Source: Octopus sinensis (Eukaryota). Taken from it: DNA of 64,000 nt. This document shows positions 48,379 to 61,412 of this stretch, one piece after another. The notes below the pieces were generated by a model, which made no database searches, was not told the origin of the DNA, and saw only the letters and a list, made by a program, of their open reading frames with translations. The position numbers and the translations under genes were made by a program. The stretch is taken from NCBI RefSeq assembly GCF_006345805.1, contig NC_043002.1, forward strand, positions 22,444,001 through 22,508,000, given 5' to 3'. Numbering within the stretch: position 1 is the first letter of the stretch; each line of letters starts with the position of its first letter.

Positions 48379-51300
48379 CTATGTTTGACTTTTGCTTTAT
48401 TTTGTACAAGTTGGCTCCAAGTCTCACCCAGAGACCTCAAAGACAACAGGGTTGGAAGTTCATGTTGTTGTTATGCCTAGTGTGCCATATATTTGGGGGT
48501 GGGGATGTTGTACTAATGAATGTCTAAAAAAAAAGTTTTCTTTTTTTTTTTTTTTTTTAAACCGAAAATTATGGTTGTTTTAAACCTTGAGGTTACATAG
48601 AGAGTATTTTGCGTAGGATATGAGCAGTTCCCATGAGCACTATCTTTTGAACTTCTGCCATTTTTGGGTTTCTTGGTATCTGAGTTAGGTAGCTATCAGC
48701 CCCTTTTGCTATCATTCCCAGGGCACCTATGACAACAGGTATTGTTTTAGTCTTCAGCTTCCACATTTTGCTGATTTCTATTTCAAGATCTTTATATTTG
48801 CTCAGTTTTTGGTAGGTCCTGACAGATACGTTTATATCGATTGGGACAGTCATATCAATGAGGAGGCATGTTCTTTGTTTGAAGTCTTTCAATATGATGT
48901 CTGGCCTATTTGCATCTATCTTCCTGTCAGTTTGAATGGTGAAGTTCCAGAGGAGTGAGATGTGGTCATTTTCAAGCACTGGGGGTGGTTTGTGTTCCCA
49001 CCAGTTTTTTTCATGGGGCAAATCCAGGTTTTTACAGATTACCCAGTGAATATATTGTGCAGCTCTATCGTGCCTGTTGAGATACTCTGTAGGCGCTAGA
49101 AGACTGCACTTGGAGACCACATGGTCAATGGTTTCATTTTGTTGCTTGCATACACGACACGTTGGACTGCTTCTGATCTTTAATATGTTGGCCTGGTAGT
49201 TTCTTGTTGGTAGGCATTGATCTTGAGCTGCTATGATAAACCCTCTGTTTCAGATTTTAAGCCAGAGGCCATTAGCCATTGATGGGTCAGGGCTTTGTCG
49301 ATATCTGCATTATTCGCTCTCTTTGGGTATTTGCCATAGAGAGGTTTTTCTTGCCATTTATTATTCAGAATATCTAAGGCCGCAGTTTTGGCACGGGTTT
49401 TCATGCGCCTAGCTTTTTCTGTGCTTGTTTCTTGTATGTCTATCTCTAATTCCGAAATTGGTTGTATTCGGAATTCACTTAGATTCCTTTGCCTGTTTTT
49501 GTGACTGAGTATGATGCTTTCTTGTTTTCATGTTTTGAGACAAGTTTTAACATCCAGTCCTCAGAGTTTTTCAGGTAGGTGTCTAGGCCAATTGTAGCAA
49601 TCTTCATTGTTATTGCCAGTTGCAAAAGACCACGCCCCCTCTTTTCTTGGCAGATAGAGTCGTTCTGTATCTGCCTTAGGGTGGTGCATTCTATGCATTG
49701 TCAACAGTTTCCTTATTTTTCTGTCGAGCTGACATATTTCAGTAATTGACCAGTTAACAATATTGAAACTGTAAGTCACGACTGGTATGCTAATGCATTG
49801 ATTGCTTCGATCCTGTTTCTTGCATTCAGCTCTGTCTTGAGTATTGCTCTCACTCTTCGATAGCATTCTCTCCTGATCCTTTCCTTCATCTCTGAATGCC
49901 TTATTCCGTTCCCTTCAATTACCCCTAGGTACTTGTAGCTCTCCGCTGGGTCTAGTTCTTTATGACATTCTGTTGAGGTTAACGTTAGATGTTTCTGTCA
50001 TTTTTCCTTTGATAAAGGTAGCCTTTGCACATTTATCGAGGCCGAATTGCATTCTGATGTCGTCACTGAATTGTTTGACTATCGCTAGTAAGCCCTTGAG
50101 TTGTTGATCATTTTTTGCAAAAAGCTTTAAATCATCCATGTAAACGAGATGATTTATATTTTTATCAAACATTTTATACCCGTACTGCGCGTCATTGAGC
50201 AGCTTTGAGAGAGGTATTAAGGATAAACAAAGAGGAGTGGTGACAGTGAGTCACCCTGGAAAATGCCACACGAAATTTTTACATCACCAGCATTTAGGGA
50301 TTCACTGTCACTGTTCAGAGTTAGTGTGGTTCTCCATGATCTCATACTTACAGTCAAAAGTTTCGCAGAGTTGGTGCTATCTTATACATTTCAAGGCATT
50401 TCCTAATCCAGCTATGTGGTAGGCTATCAAAAGCCTTTTTATAGTCTATCCAGCTATTGATAAGTTTTTGGTGTCGTTTGTGACAATCTTCTAAGATCAT
50501 CTTATTGATGAGTAGTTGGTCTTTACAGCCGTAGGATCCACGTTTACATCCTTTCTGTTCATTAGGGAATATGCTGCTGTCTGTTAAAAACTATAGGTAT
50601 ATTCCGTCAGGACAGATGTTAGAGTTTTGTACATTTTTAAGCAGGTTATGGGTCTATAGTTTTTTGGTTCATTTGTTTCTTCACTTTTTGGAAGCAGGAA
50701 TGTTAACCCATTAACTAGCCAAGGAGGCATCCTACTAGGGTGTTGCAGAACATCATTGTACAGTTCTGTTAGCAGTTCATGGCTCTCTGGGAAGGCATTC
50801 AGCCAGAAGTTAGGAATTTCATCCTTTCCTGGAGACTTCCATTTGCTTGACCTCCTGAGAGCAGATCTTATATCTTCTACCTTGACACCCTCCCACTTTT
50901 GCTCTTCTAAGGGGTCCAGTTCTGTAGATATTCTGTCAATCCAGGGGGCCTTTTCGTGTGTGTTTTTTTCTTCTGCCCAGATTTTATTCCAAAATCTCTG
51001 CACTTCTTCTTTTGATGGTACAGACCCTGCAGTAAACGCTGTTTTTCCCTATCTTCCTGTAAAAATTATTGGTGTTATTTTTGAACATGTTGTTGTCCTT
51101 GAAAAATCTAACACGCTTTTCATACCTCGCTATGCGGGTAGCTTTGGCAGATACCTTTTGTTTGATGGTTTCTATGGTGGCATCAATATCAAGTATAGTT
51201 TTCATATTGTATTTTTTCAGTAATTTTTGTGAGCCTTAAGGTTTTTCAAATATTCAATGTCAGATCTAAATACTTTAATTTGTTGTTGCAGACGCTCTTG

Positions 51301-51662
51301 CCAAGAAGGCTTTTTGTGGGACTGTTGCCGTTTTCTAATCTTTACACCACATAGGATCGTTGAGATTTTCGCGGATGCATAGTATAGGTGGTTGAGGTTT
51401 GTGATATCAACATCATTAACTGAAATTATATCCTTAAGTGCAAGCCGGATTTTACCAATTATTTTCATGTTTTGGTTAGAGTTGCGGATTTTAGGAAGTG
51501 TATCACGCTCATCCATGCTGGTTTCTTTAATTTTCAGCCATTCAATCATGATTTGATTATTTAGCTCATGTAGTTCTGTTGGGTCAATATTTGTGTGACT
51601 TTCTTTATCTATTTGATGCTCATCTGTCTTAGTGTTTATGATTGGTTCAGGGCGTATTTCGC

Positions 51663-51663
<1 letters not shown>
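48379..51663 (-). mobile_element. R4/Dong-like retrotransposon, different subfamily, 5'-truncated (copy C)
   Basis: Frameshifted RT pieces (WKSPGKDEIPNFWL; YRPITCL; VYMDDLKLF), CRVCKQQNETIDHVVSKC knuckle, intact 175-aa REL ORF at 48593-49120; 3' UTR with internal poly(A); (TAT)n at both ends. Confidence 0.92.
48593..49120 (-). pseudogene. REL endonuclease segment of copy C
   Basis: RHDRAAQYIHW; ANRPDII; LIDMTVP; KLSKYKDLEIEISKMW; GTAHILRKILSM*. Confidence 0.9.
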
Positions 51664-51713
<50 letters not shown>

Positions 51714-52139
51714 TATTATTATTATATTATTATTATTATTATTATTATTGTGGTGGTGGTGGTGGTGGTCGTCGTCGTCGTGGTCATGGTCGTGGTGGTT
51801 GTGGTGGTCGTGGTGGTCGTAGTGGTGGTGGTGATGATGATGATGATGATGATAATAATAATAATAATTCCCTGATACAGTACCTAGCAGTGGCTCTCAT
51901 GGAAGTGTTATCTTGTACAAGTTTTGTTTTGATATTTAAGATGGGCTACAACAAATATTCTGCTGAACACCACAGATTTGTTTGACCTTAACCAGTTGAG
52001 CATGTGTCCTTGGTAGCTGACGACATGTGCATCTCTGATCACGAGCAGAAATAGTGGGGGAACATCATAACCATGAGTAGTGAGGGGTTATTTGAAGTTT
52101 GAATAATTTATACCTGGGAACATGGGTGTTTCGTTAATC

Positions 52140-52375
52140 ATCCTTAAACAATCCTTATACAGAGAACTTCCGAGCGGGATGGGCTACTCAACCTAAAGAA
52201 AACTCTAACTGAGCCCCACCTGTAAGGCATACAGATCACCATACTGCGCACATATGCTGGTGATGTATGTGCCTGGTGTACCCTTATCAGGTGGGGAGCC
52301 ATGATGGGTACATTGGGCTTCGTGTATTTGTACCCCAGCGTCAATTTGATGGCGTGTGATGCAACATCACTCAAT
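52140..52375. repeat. GC-richer, strongly self-complementary segment (probable retroelement UTR fragment)
   Basis: ccccacctgtaagg (52214-52227) pairs with ccttatcaggtgggg (52282-52296); inner helices; family assignment not possible. Confidence 0.4.
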
Positions 52376-52391
52376 AATAATAGTAATAATA

Positions 52392-52530
52392 ACCCTTTCT
52401 ACTATAAGCACAAGGCCAGAAATTTTGGAGAATTGGGTTAGTCAACTCCAATCCTCAACTACTACTTATTTTAGGGAGCCCGAAAGGGCGAAAGGCAAAG
52501 TTGGAGTTGGCGAGAGTTGAACTCAGAACT
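52392..52530 (-). mobile_element. Nin-like SINE fragment, tail type 2
   Basis: ctttctactataagcacaaggcc...cccgaaagggcgaaaggcaaagttgg...gaactcagaac. Confidence 0.7.
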
Positions 52531-52699
52531 TAGTTTAACACAACTAAATATCCCGACCTTCTCGTGATTCTGAGAATTCATCCACACAATGAGAATGTAC
52601 AAAAAGAAAAAAGGGGTCGGATGCAGAAGGGATTCTAAAGCTTAACAATTTCTTTTATATTCCACCTCTAAGAATCTTATTTGCCAAGAGAATTCAAAT

Positions 52700-53874
52700 C
52701 ATTGCTACTTCTTTTCCTGCTTATTCATCATCACCATCGTCATCGTCATCATCATAATCATCGTCATCATCATCATCTTCGTCATCATCATCTTCGTCAT
52801 CATCATCATCTGCTGCTGTTGCTTCTTTTTCTTCTTCTTCTTCTTCTTCTTCTTCTTCTTCTTCTTCTTCTTCTTCTTCTTCTTCTTCTTCTTCTTCTTC
52901 TTCTTCTTCTTCTTCTTCTCCTCCTCCACTTCCTTCTTATTCTTCCTTCATTTCTCTTCTTCGCTTCCTTCTCCTCCTTCTCTTCCTTCTTTTCCCTCTC
53001 CTTCGTCTACTCTCCTCCTTCTTTTCCTTTTCCTTCTCCTCCTTCTTCTCTTCCTTCTTTTCCTTCTCCTCCTCCTCTTTTCTTCTTCTTCTCCTCCTCC
53101 ACTTCCTTCTTATTCTTCCTTCATTTCTCTTCTTCGCTTCCTTCTCCTCCTTCTCCTCCATTCCTTCTCCTCATCCTTCTTTTTTTCTTGCTTCTTTCTT
53201 CTGCTTCTTTTCCTCCTCCTCATTCTCCTTCCTTCCCTCTCCTCCTTCTTCATCATATCCTCCCCTTCCTTCTTTTCCTTCTCCTCTTCCTCCCTTTCTC
53301 TTCTTCCTTCTTCATCCCACACGTTCTCTCTCTCTTTTTCTCCTCTTCCTCTCCTTCTCTTTCTCTCTCTCTCTCTCTCTCGTTCTCTTTTCTCTCCCCT
53401 CTCCCCTCTCTCTTTCCCTCTTCATCCAATATTTCTTTTCCTGTCACCATCATCTTCAACAACGCTTGGGTTTCGTATTGCTGTTGTCTTAGTTGTTCCC
53501 TTTTCAGGGTTTCATTGCAGACGTTGTTCTTCTTTCGTTTTTTACAGCTTCTTCACATCATTCACCTTCTCTTTCATTGTCTTAGTCAATTGTCTAAGAC
53601 AAGAAACCGAAATGCCAATCAGCACCTCCTCCATGCTGTGACCATCGCCATACAATTATTAATATCATCGTCATCATCAGCATCATTACTCCCATTTTTA
53701 CCACCAACATCGTCATCATCATTGCCATCACCATCATCTGCAACAACAGTAGTAGCATCCCCCCACCACTATCGCCACCATCATCATCATCATCATCATC
53801 ATCATAATCATCATCTTCATCACTCCCACCGCCACAAATTCTATCATTTCCATCACCGTCAGCCGCACAACCAT

Positions 53875-53910
<36 letters not shown>

Positions 53911-53986
53911 TATCATCGTCACCGTAATCATCATCATCATCATCATTATCATCATCATCATCATTATCATCATCATCATCATCATT

Positions 53987-54042
<56 letters not shown>

Positions 54043-54205
54043 TATCATCGTCACCGTAATCATCATCATCATTATCATCATCATCATCATTATCATCATC
54101 ATCATCATCATTATCATCATCATCATCATCACAATCATCATTATCATCATCATCATCATTATCCTCATAATCATCATCGTCATGATCATCAACACAATCA
54201 TCAAG

Positions 54206-54241
<36 letters not shown>

Positions 54242-54560
54242 TTCACCATCATCATTATCATCACAATCATCATCATTAGCAGCAGCAGCATTATCATTAT
54301 CATCATCATCATAATCCTCATCACCACCACCATCATCATCATCATCATCATCATAATCATCATTATCATTATCATCATTACCATCAGTATCAGCAAAAGC
54401 AGTCACCAAACCCCTGCCCACAATTACAACCTCTATCACAACTATTCCGACACTAACAACGCCACAAAAACGGCAGCCAATCCACCACAACCACTCACCA
54501 CTACCACCACCACCACCACCATCAGAACCCATGTCTATTATACTAACACGTCTCATTTCA
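52700..54560. repeat. (CAT)n, (TCT)n and pyrimidine-rich low-complexity tract
   Basis: Read directly; source of the 532-aa and 320-aa pseudo-ORFs. Confidence 0.92.
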
Positions 54561-54996
54561 CCTTAAACACAGCACCACCACCACACTACCTCCTATACCG
54601 CAATCCCTTTGTATCATTTGCCTTTGAAACAAAAGGATGCACAATCAAAATAGAATCGAAACCCAAAAGGTCATTGGGCCCTTCTTAAGCGTCGCTAAGG
54701 GCCACACTAGTGACCTGACCTTTGGTTACTATGAACATCAGCAATTTAAGAAATTTAGGGCATCGTTTAGTTTAGGGATCAGAGGATATACACACTGATG
54801 ATATCTTTGTGTGTGAGTGTGTGCATGTGAGTGTGTGTGTGTGTGTGTGTGTGTGCGTGTGTGTGTTTGTGTGTGTGTTTTTTGTTTGTGTGTGCATATA
54901 TGTATTTGTGTGTATACATACACATATGTAGCTATATGCAAATACATATACATATGTTTGTGTGTGTATGCATGTATATACGCATGTACATATATA

Positions 54997-55042
<46 letters not shown>

Positions 55043-55245
55043 ATATATATATACATATATCATTATGCATATGTATATATGTATATACACACACATCCAC
55101 ACTCATACACGCACATACATACACACATATGTATATATGTATATATATATATATATAAAGAGAGGAGTGAAGCATAAATAGATCGCTGTCTAGACAAGTA
55201 GACAGACAGACAGAGACAGACTGACAGACAGACAGACAGACAGAC

Positions 55246-55337
<92 letters not shown>

Positions 55338-56125
55338 TGATTGATGAACTGATTAATTAACACAGGTCGATGGACAGATAGAACACATTTATCCACAGAG
55401 AGAGAGAGAAAGAGAGAAAGAGAGAAAGGGTGATCGATTGACTGATTGAGTGAGCGAGTGAGTGAGTGATGGACTGGCTAACACATAGATCGATTAATAG
55501 ATAGAGCACATATCTATATACATATATATATATATATACATATATATTTTTTTTTTTTTTTGAAAAAGAAAAACGACTTCACTAGTAGTTCTAATCAGTT
55601 TAATTTATTATTCTTTTAATTTTTTAGTAATATAAATATTACAAGAGAGAGAGAGAAGTGGGGAGAGAAATAACTGTCATCTGGTGATGGTCAGCAACGC
55701 ATGAAGATGTCAAGAAATTTCCTTTACGGAGAATATAACTTAATTTATTCACATTCGTCCATTTATCCAGTCTGGTGAGCAGATTTTGCTCTGAAACAAG
55801 CAACTCAGCGCTAGAAAGATTTGTGAAGCTATAAGGTTATTACTATATTATATTTAATACGATGTGTCGAATCATTTCCTACACAAGAATCTGCTGTTGC
55901 AACCTCAATATAATCAAAATTGAGTATTAACCTTCTGGTGAGTACGTGGTTATGTTACATGTGATTTTAGATGTACTTTGTTGGTACGTCTCATATCGCA
56001 TTCAAATTTTATAGAATATAAGACCTCTTCTATACAACATTCTTCCTGTTTGTCTTAGAGAACGTAGGACATCTCTCTCTCTCTCTCGCACTATCTATCC
56101 ATCTATCTATCTATCTATCTATCTA

Positions 56126-56175
<50 letters not shown>

Positions 56176-56204
56176 CTATCACTCTCTCTCTCTCTCTCTC
56201 TCCC

Positions 56205-56260
<56 letters not shown>

Positions 56261-56927
56261 ATGATTGATTGATTGATTGATTCTAGTTTCAGCTCATGAG
56301 TTGTGGCCATATATATATACATATATATAACTATTTAGTAATATATATACTCCGATTAAAGCGACATTTATATAAACAATTGACTGAGAAATGATGAGCT
56401 AACTCCAGCGAGAATCGAACCCACATACAACGCTAACACGGCTCCTTGCGCATCCAATTGAGCCATTTAACTGTCTAGAACTACATGTAATATTTGTAAA
56501 CAAGCCCAGGGTTTAAGGTACGAAGGAAAAGAGACTACCAAAGTCTTTTTATAGTCGTATTAACGTTGATATAAGTGCATATATATGTGTGTATGGAACT
56601 GGGAGAACGAGTGTGAGAAGGAGAGAGAAACAAAGGAAGAAAGAGAATGAGAGAGCGCAATTGAAGGAGGAAAAAAGTGATGTTTGTGAATGGAATTTGG
56701 GGTGGAGAAAACTGACGAAGGTGTTTGGCATGAACAAGACACAACAACAATAACAACAGCACCAGCAGCAGTACCAGCATTAGGAAGCGTAGTGTGTCAT
56801 TGAGACAATTGCAAGCTACCCTAATCCCTCCTACCGTGTAACATCACTCACCCCAATTCTCCCACTTTTCATTCTTACTCTTTCTATCTCTCTCTCCCTC
56901 ACACACTTTCTCCCTCTTTTTCTCTCC

Positions 56928-56971
<44 letters not shown>

Positions 56972-57029
56972 AATTAATGGACTATCCTAGAAATGAAGTT
57001 CACCCATTACATAACCTCTTTAATATACA

Positions 57030-58530
57030 TCCCCCACCACCACCACCCTTCCAATCCCCATCCATACCACCCCCACCCCCACCACTACCAACTTCACCGC
57101 CGCCGCCACTGCTGCCATATCTTTTCCCGTCTCCCACTCCTTGAACTCATTCCTCTAACTTCGACTCCTTATCCTGCTCTTCCGATCCATCAATCCACAT
57201 GTCATCCATTCAACAACACCACCTCACGACACTCATCACCACCATCACCACCACTACCACCAACACCAACACCACTACTACAAGCACTACAACCACTGCC
57301 ACTACTACCACTACACCGCTACTATCACTACAACCCCCATCACTACCACTACAACCGCTACTACCACCACAACCAACACTACTACTACTACCACCACAAC
57401 CACCACCACTACTACAACTACCACCACCATAACTACCACAACCACCATAACTATTACCACTACCACCACCACAACAACTACCACTACTACTACTACCACC
57501 ACTACCACCACAGCCACAACTACCATCACTAACACAACCACCACCACTACCCACACTACAACTACTTCTACTACTACCACCACCACCACCACCACCTCAA
57601 TCAACATTAGCAATACTTCCACCACCACTCTCACTAGCACAATCAACGCCAACGCCACCACCATTAACACTACCGTTAACACACCAGTAGCATCACCACT
57701 ATTAACAAGAAAACCAGCATCACCAACGCCACCAATAAGGACACCAATACCAGCGCTATTACTATCACACCTCCATAGGCTGCTACCGCTACAATCACAA
57801 CCACAGTCACTACCAGTATCACCACCAATACCACCGCCACCACCACCACCACTACAACCACTACCACTACAACCACTACCACAACCACCACCACTACCAC
57901 CTCTACCACAGCTACCAACACCACCACAACTGCTAGTACCACCACCACAACTACTAGTACCACCACAACTACTAGTACCACCACCACCACTACTACCACT
58001 ACCACCACCACCACTACCACCATCACCACAACCACCACTGCCATCAACAACTCCACTACCACAATGATCATCATATTACCACAATTACTAAGACTATCAC
58101 CACCACAACTACTACCACCAATACTACTTCTACCACTATCACCAACAAAACAAATACTTCTACCATCAACACTACCACCAGCACTACCATCAACACTACC
58201 ACCACCACAACCACCACCACCACTACCACCATTACCATCACCACCACTGCCGCCATTACCACCGCCACCACAACCTCCACTACCACCATCACCACCACTT
58301 ACACCATCAGCACCATCACCATCGCCACCACAATCACTACAACCACCACTACCACCAAAAGTAATACCACCACCTTAACTATCATAACCACCATCACCCC
58401 CACTACCAACATTACCACTACCGTCACCACCACTATCACCCTTACCACCACCACCACTACCACCATAACCACCACGACCACCACCACTACCTCCTCAACC
58501 TCCACAACCACCACCACCATCACCACTTGA
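57030..58530. repeat. (ACC/ACT)n low-complexity tract
   Basis: Read directly. Confidence 0.92.
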
Positions 58531-59076
58531 AGGTTTTAGGAAGAATAAAAAGTTGATCATGCATGATAAGGAGCCACAGATAAAACAGACTGTCGGACAT
58601 GTTAGTCTTTGATCAATTAACCTTCCCCGTCTCCTTTCCCTTATCCTCCTTGTCTCTCACCCTCTCTCTGTCTTTCTCTCTGTAAAGTGGCTGTTGCCGT
58701 ACGTTCCGTCGTTTAGCCCCAGGTCACCTATTATCCAGTCGTTCTACAATCAAAGGTGTCCAACGAAGACCCAGGACCGCTCTTTTCCGAAGAACACTAT
58801 ACCGCAGAATTTCATCGTTCAAGGTGCTTTTATTTTTAAAACGGAAGGATGTGATTTTTAAGCGCATTTGGCTGTTATTTCTAACAGATTCAATGATCGT
58901 ATCGGAAGACGGAGATTTTTAGTGGATGTAAACACGTTTAGATATATCTTTAAAAATAGAAAGATTCCACCGATTCCTGATTGATTGGTCTTTTTTTCTA
59001 CCTTTCTTTGTAACGCCTAGGAATAAAGATATAATTCCTTCTTTCGCTGAGTCAATTTATATCTCATATCTATATA

Positions 59077-59242
59077 GGCGCATGAGTAGCTGAGTGGTAA
59101 GTAGCTTGCTTACCAACCACATGGTTCCGGATTCAGTCCCACCGCGTGGCACCTTAGGCAAGTGTCTTCTACTAAAGCCTCGGGCCGACCAAAGCCTTAT
59201 GAGTAGATTTGGTAGACAGAAACTGAAAGAAGCCCGTCGTAT
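59077..59242 (+). mobile_element. SINE 5' half (microsatellite-containing family)
   Basis: ggcgcatgagtagctgagtggtaagtagcttgcttaccaaccacatggttccgg...gaaagaagcccgtcg. Confidence 0.85.
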
Positions 59243-59273
59243 GTATACTTTTAGTATGTTAGCTTTATATTAA

Positions 59274-59460
59274 GGCGGCGAGCAGGTAGAATCGTTGGCA
59301 CTTCTAGCAAAATGCTTAGCGGCATTTCATCCATCTTTGCGTTTTGAGTTCAAATTCTGCCGATGTCAGCTTTGCCGTTCGAGATCGGTACAATAAGTGC
59401 CAGCTGAGCACTGGGGTCGATCTAATCGATTTATCCACTTTCCCGAAATTGTTCCTGTTG
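59274..59460 (+). mobile_element. Nin-like SINE
   Basis: ggcggcgagcaggtagaatcgttggc...gagttcaaattctgccg. Confidence 0.8.
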
Positions 59461-59614
59461 TGGGAGAATCCAGTACACCCCCACGTGACTGAAAGTGGTC
59501 TAACGGAATTCAATAAATAAAGAACTGCGTGAACTGTCGGGTGGAAGTTGACAGTGTTGGTCGACCGTAATGTGTTAGTTGGGACGTGTGTTGGTTTAAT
59601 ATCGTACCTACGTT

Positions 59615-59824
59615 AAAGCGACGGGCTGGCAGAAACGTTAGCACGCGTAACGGTATTTCGTCTGTCTTTACGTTCTGAGTTCAAATTCCACTGAAGTCAA
59701 CTTTGCCTTTCATCCATTCGGGGTCGATAAATTAAGTACCAGTTGTGTACTGGGGTCGATCTAGTCGACTGCCACCCCCCCCCCCAAAAAAAAAATTTCG
59801 GGCTTTGTGCCTTGAGTAGAAAAG
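59615..59824 (+). mobile_element. Nin-like SINE, tail type 2, 17-bp TSD
   Basis: TSD aatatcgtacctacgtt at 59598-59614 and 59825-59841. Confidence 0.9.
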
Positions 59825-60477
59825 AATATCGTACCTACGTTCGAGCAGTATGGTGTGCGTTCTGTGTGAACATAATAACTCTGCGATAGGTAATTTCAGT
59901 TAACCACATCCAAATATTAATTTGGATAATTGCACCCGACGTGTACACACACGTTGTAACAGTGTCAAAACCTGAAACTAATATTTTACCTTTATCAAAT
60001 TCCGCCAAAGTTGACATTGCCTTTCATCCCTTCGAGGTCGATTAATTAAGTACCAGTTGCGTACTGTGGTCGATCTAATCGACTGGGGTCGATCTGATCG
60101 ACTGACCACCTCCCCAAAAAATTTCGGGCCTTGTGCCTAGAGTAGAAAAGAATATCATACCTACGTTCGAGCAGTATGGTGTGCGTTCTGTGTGAACATA
60201 ATAACTCTGCGATAGGTAATTTCAGTTAACCACATCCAAATATTAATTTGGATAATTGCACCCGACGTGTACACACACGTTGTAACAGTGACAAAACCTG
60301 AAACTAATATTTTACCTTTATCAAATTCCGCTGAAGTTGATATTGCCTTTCATCCCTTCGGGGTCGATAAATTAAGTACCAGTTGCGTACAGGGGGTCGA
60401 TCTAATCGACTGGGGTCGATCTGATCGACTGGCCGCCTCCCCAAAAAATTTCGGGCCTTGTGCCTAGAGTAGAAAAG
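59825..60477 (+). repeat. Tandem duplication of a 326-327 bp unit (unique sequence plus truncated SINE)
   Basis: 59825-60150 and 60151-60477 are near-identical. Confidence 0.92.
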
Positions 60478-60534
60478 AATATTTTACCTTTATATAATGC
60501 ATATTCTATCTTCTAGTTTCTGATAAATCCTTTT

Positions 60535-60781
60535 ATCTTTTACTTGATTTAGTCATTAGACTGCGGCCATACTGGGGCACGGCCTTGAAGAATTTTTAGT
60601 TGAATGAATCAACCCCAGTACATGTTATTTAAGCCGTGTAGTTATGCTATCGGTGTCTTTTGCTGAACTGTTGGTTCAATCTCAATGCACAGCACATTGG
60701 GCAAGTGTTTCTACTACAGCCCCGAACCGACCAAAGCTTACAGTAGATTTGGTAGACAGAAACTGGAATAAACTCGTTCTG

Positions 60782-60866
<85 letters not shown>

Positions 60867-61066
60867 GAGAGAGAGAGTGTGTGTTTCTCACTCCGCCGCT
60901 TGACAACCGCTCTTGATTTATGTCACCATAAGCAGTCCGTCTAAAGGACACCGATGGAATAGATTCCAGGATTAAATAAATAAGTACTGGGGTAGTTTTC
61001 TTCGACTAAAACTCGTCATGACAGTGCTCCAGCATGGCTGCAATCCAATGACTGAAACAAGAAAGA
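60535..61066. mobile_element. Cluster of SINE fragments: minus tail, plus partial head, (TG)n, plus tail
   Basis: Tail motifs at 60540-60585 (-) and 61021-61064 (+); head fragment at 60695-60780. Confidence 0.7.
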
Positions 61067-61076
61067 TATCTAAAAC

Positions 61077-61157
61077 CTGGCTAATATGTAAGGTAAAAAG
61101 GATGAGGCACCATACATATGTCCGGTGACATAAACAAACGAATGCAAATTCGTGACC

Positions 61158-61217
<60 letters not shown>

Positions 61218-61220
61218 TAT

Positions 61221-61281
<61 letters not shown>

Positions 61282-61374
61282 GATATAGATATGGTCACGA
61301 ATTTGTATTCGTTTGTGTATATCACCGGACATGTGTATAGTGCCTCAGCTTTTTTTACCCTACATATTAACCAG
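61077..61374. repeat. Imperfect inverted repeat, about 84-bp arms, enclosing (TA)n(GATA)n
   Basis: 61077-61159 versus the rc of 61291-61374. Confidence 0.88.
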
Positions 61375-61412
61375 TATATTGTCACACACACGCGCATATA
61401 TATATATATATA

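Noticed and set aside
52681-54556. 532-aa Leu/His-rich (+) and 320-aa Asp-rich (-) ORFs as a His-rich or acidic biomineral protein
   Set aside because: Stop-free only because (CAT)n and (TCT)n lack stops in several frames; overlapping ORFs occur in multiple frames on both strands; no non-repetitive domain or splice context.
56385-56465. tRNA-like segment on minus (tggctcaattgg...gggttcgattctc)
   Set aside because: A and B boxes are present but I cannot form a cloverleaf, and no second copy is in the window; at most a pseudogene or SINE head.
59825-60493. CRISPR-like repeat-spacer pattern; also considered at 15476-15770 and 48261-48354
   Set aside because: The spacers are duplicates of each other, the repeats are SINE tails or minisatellite units, the DNA is eukaryotic and no cas genes are present.
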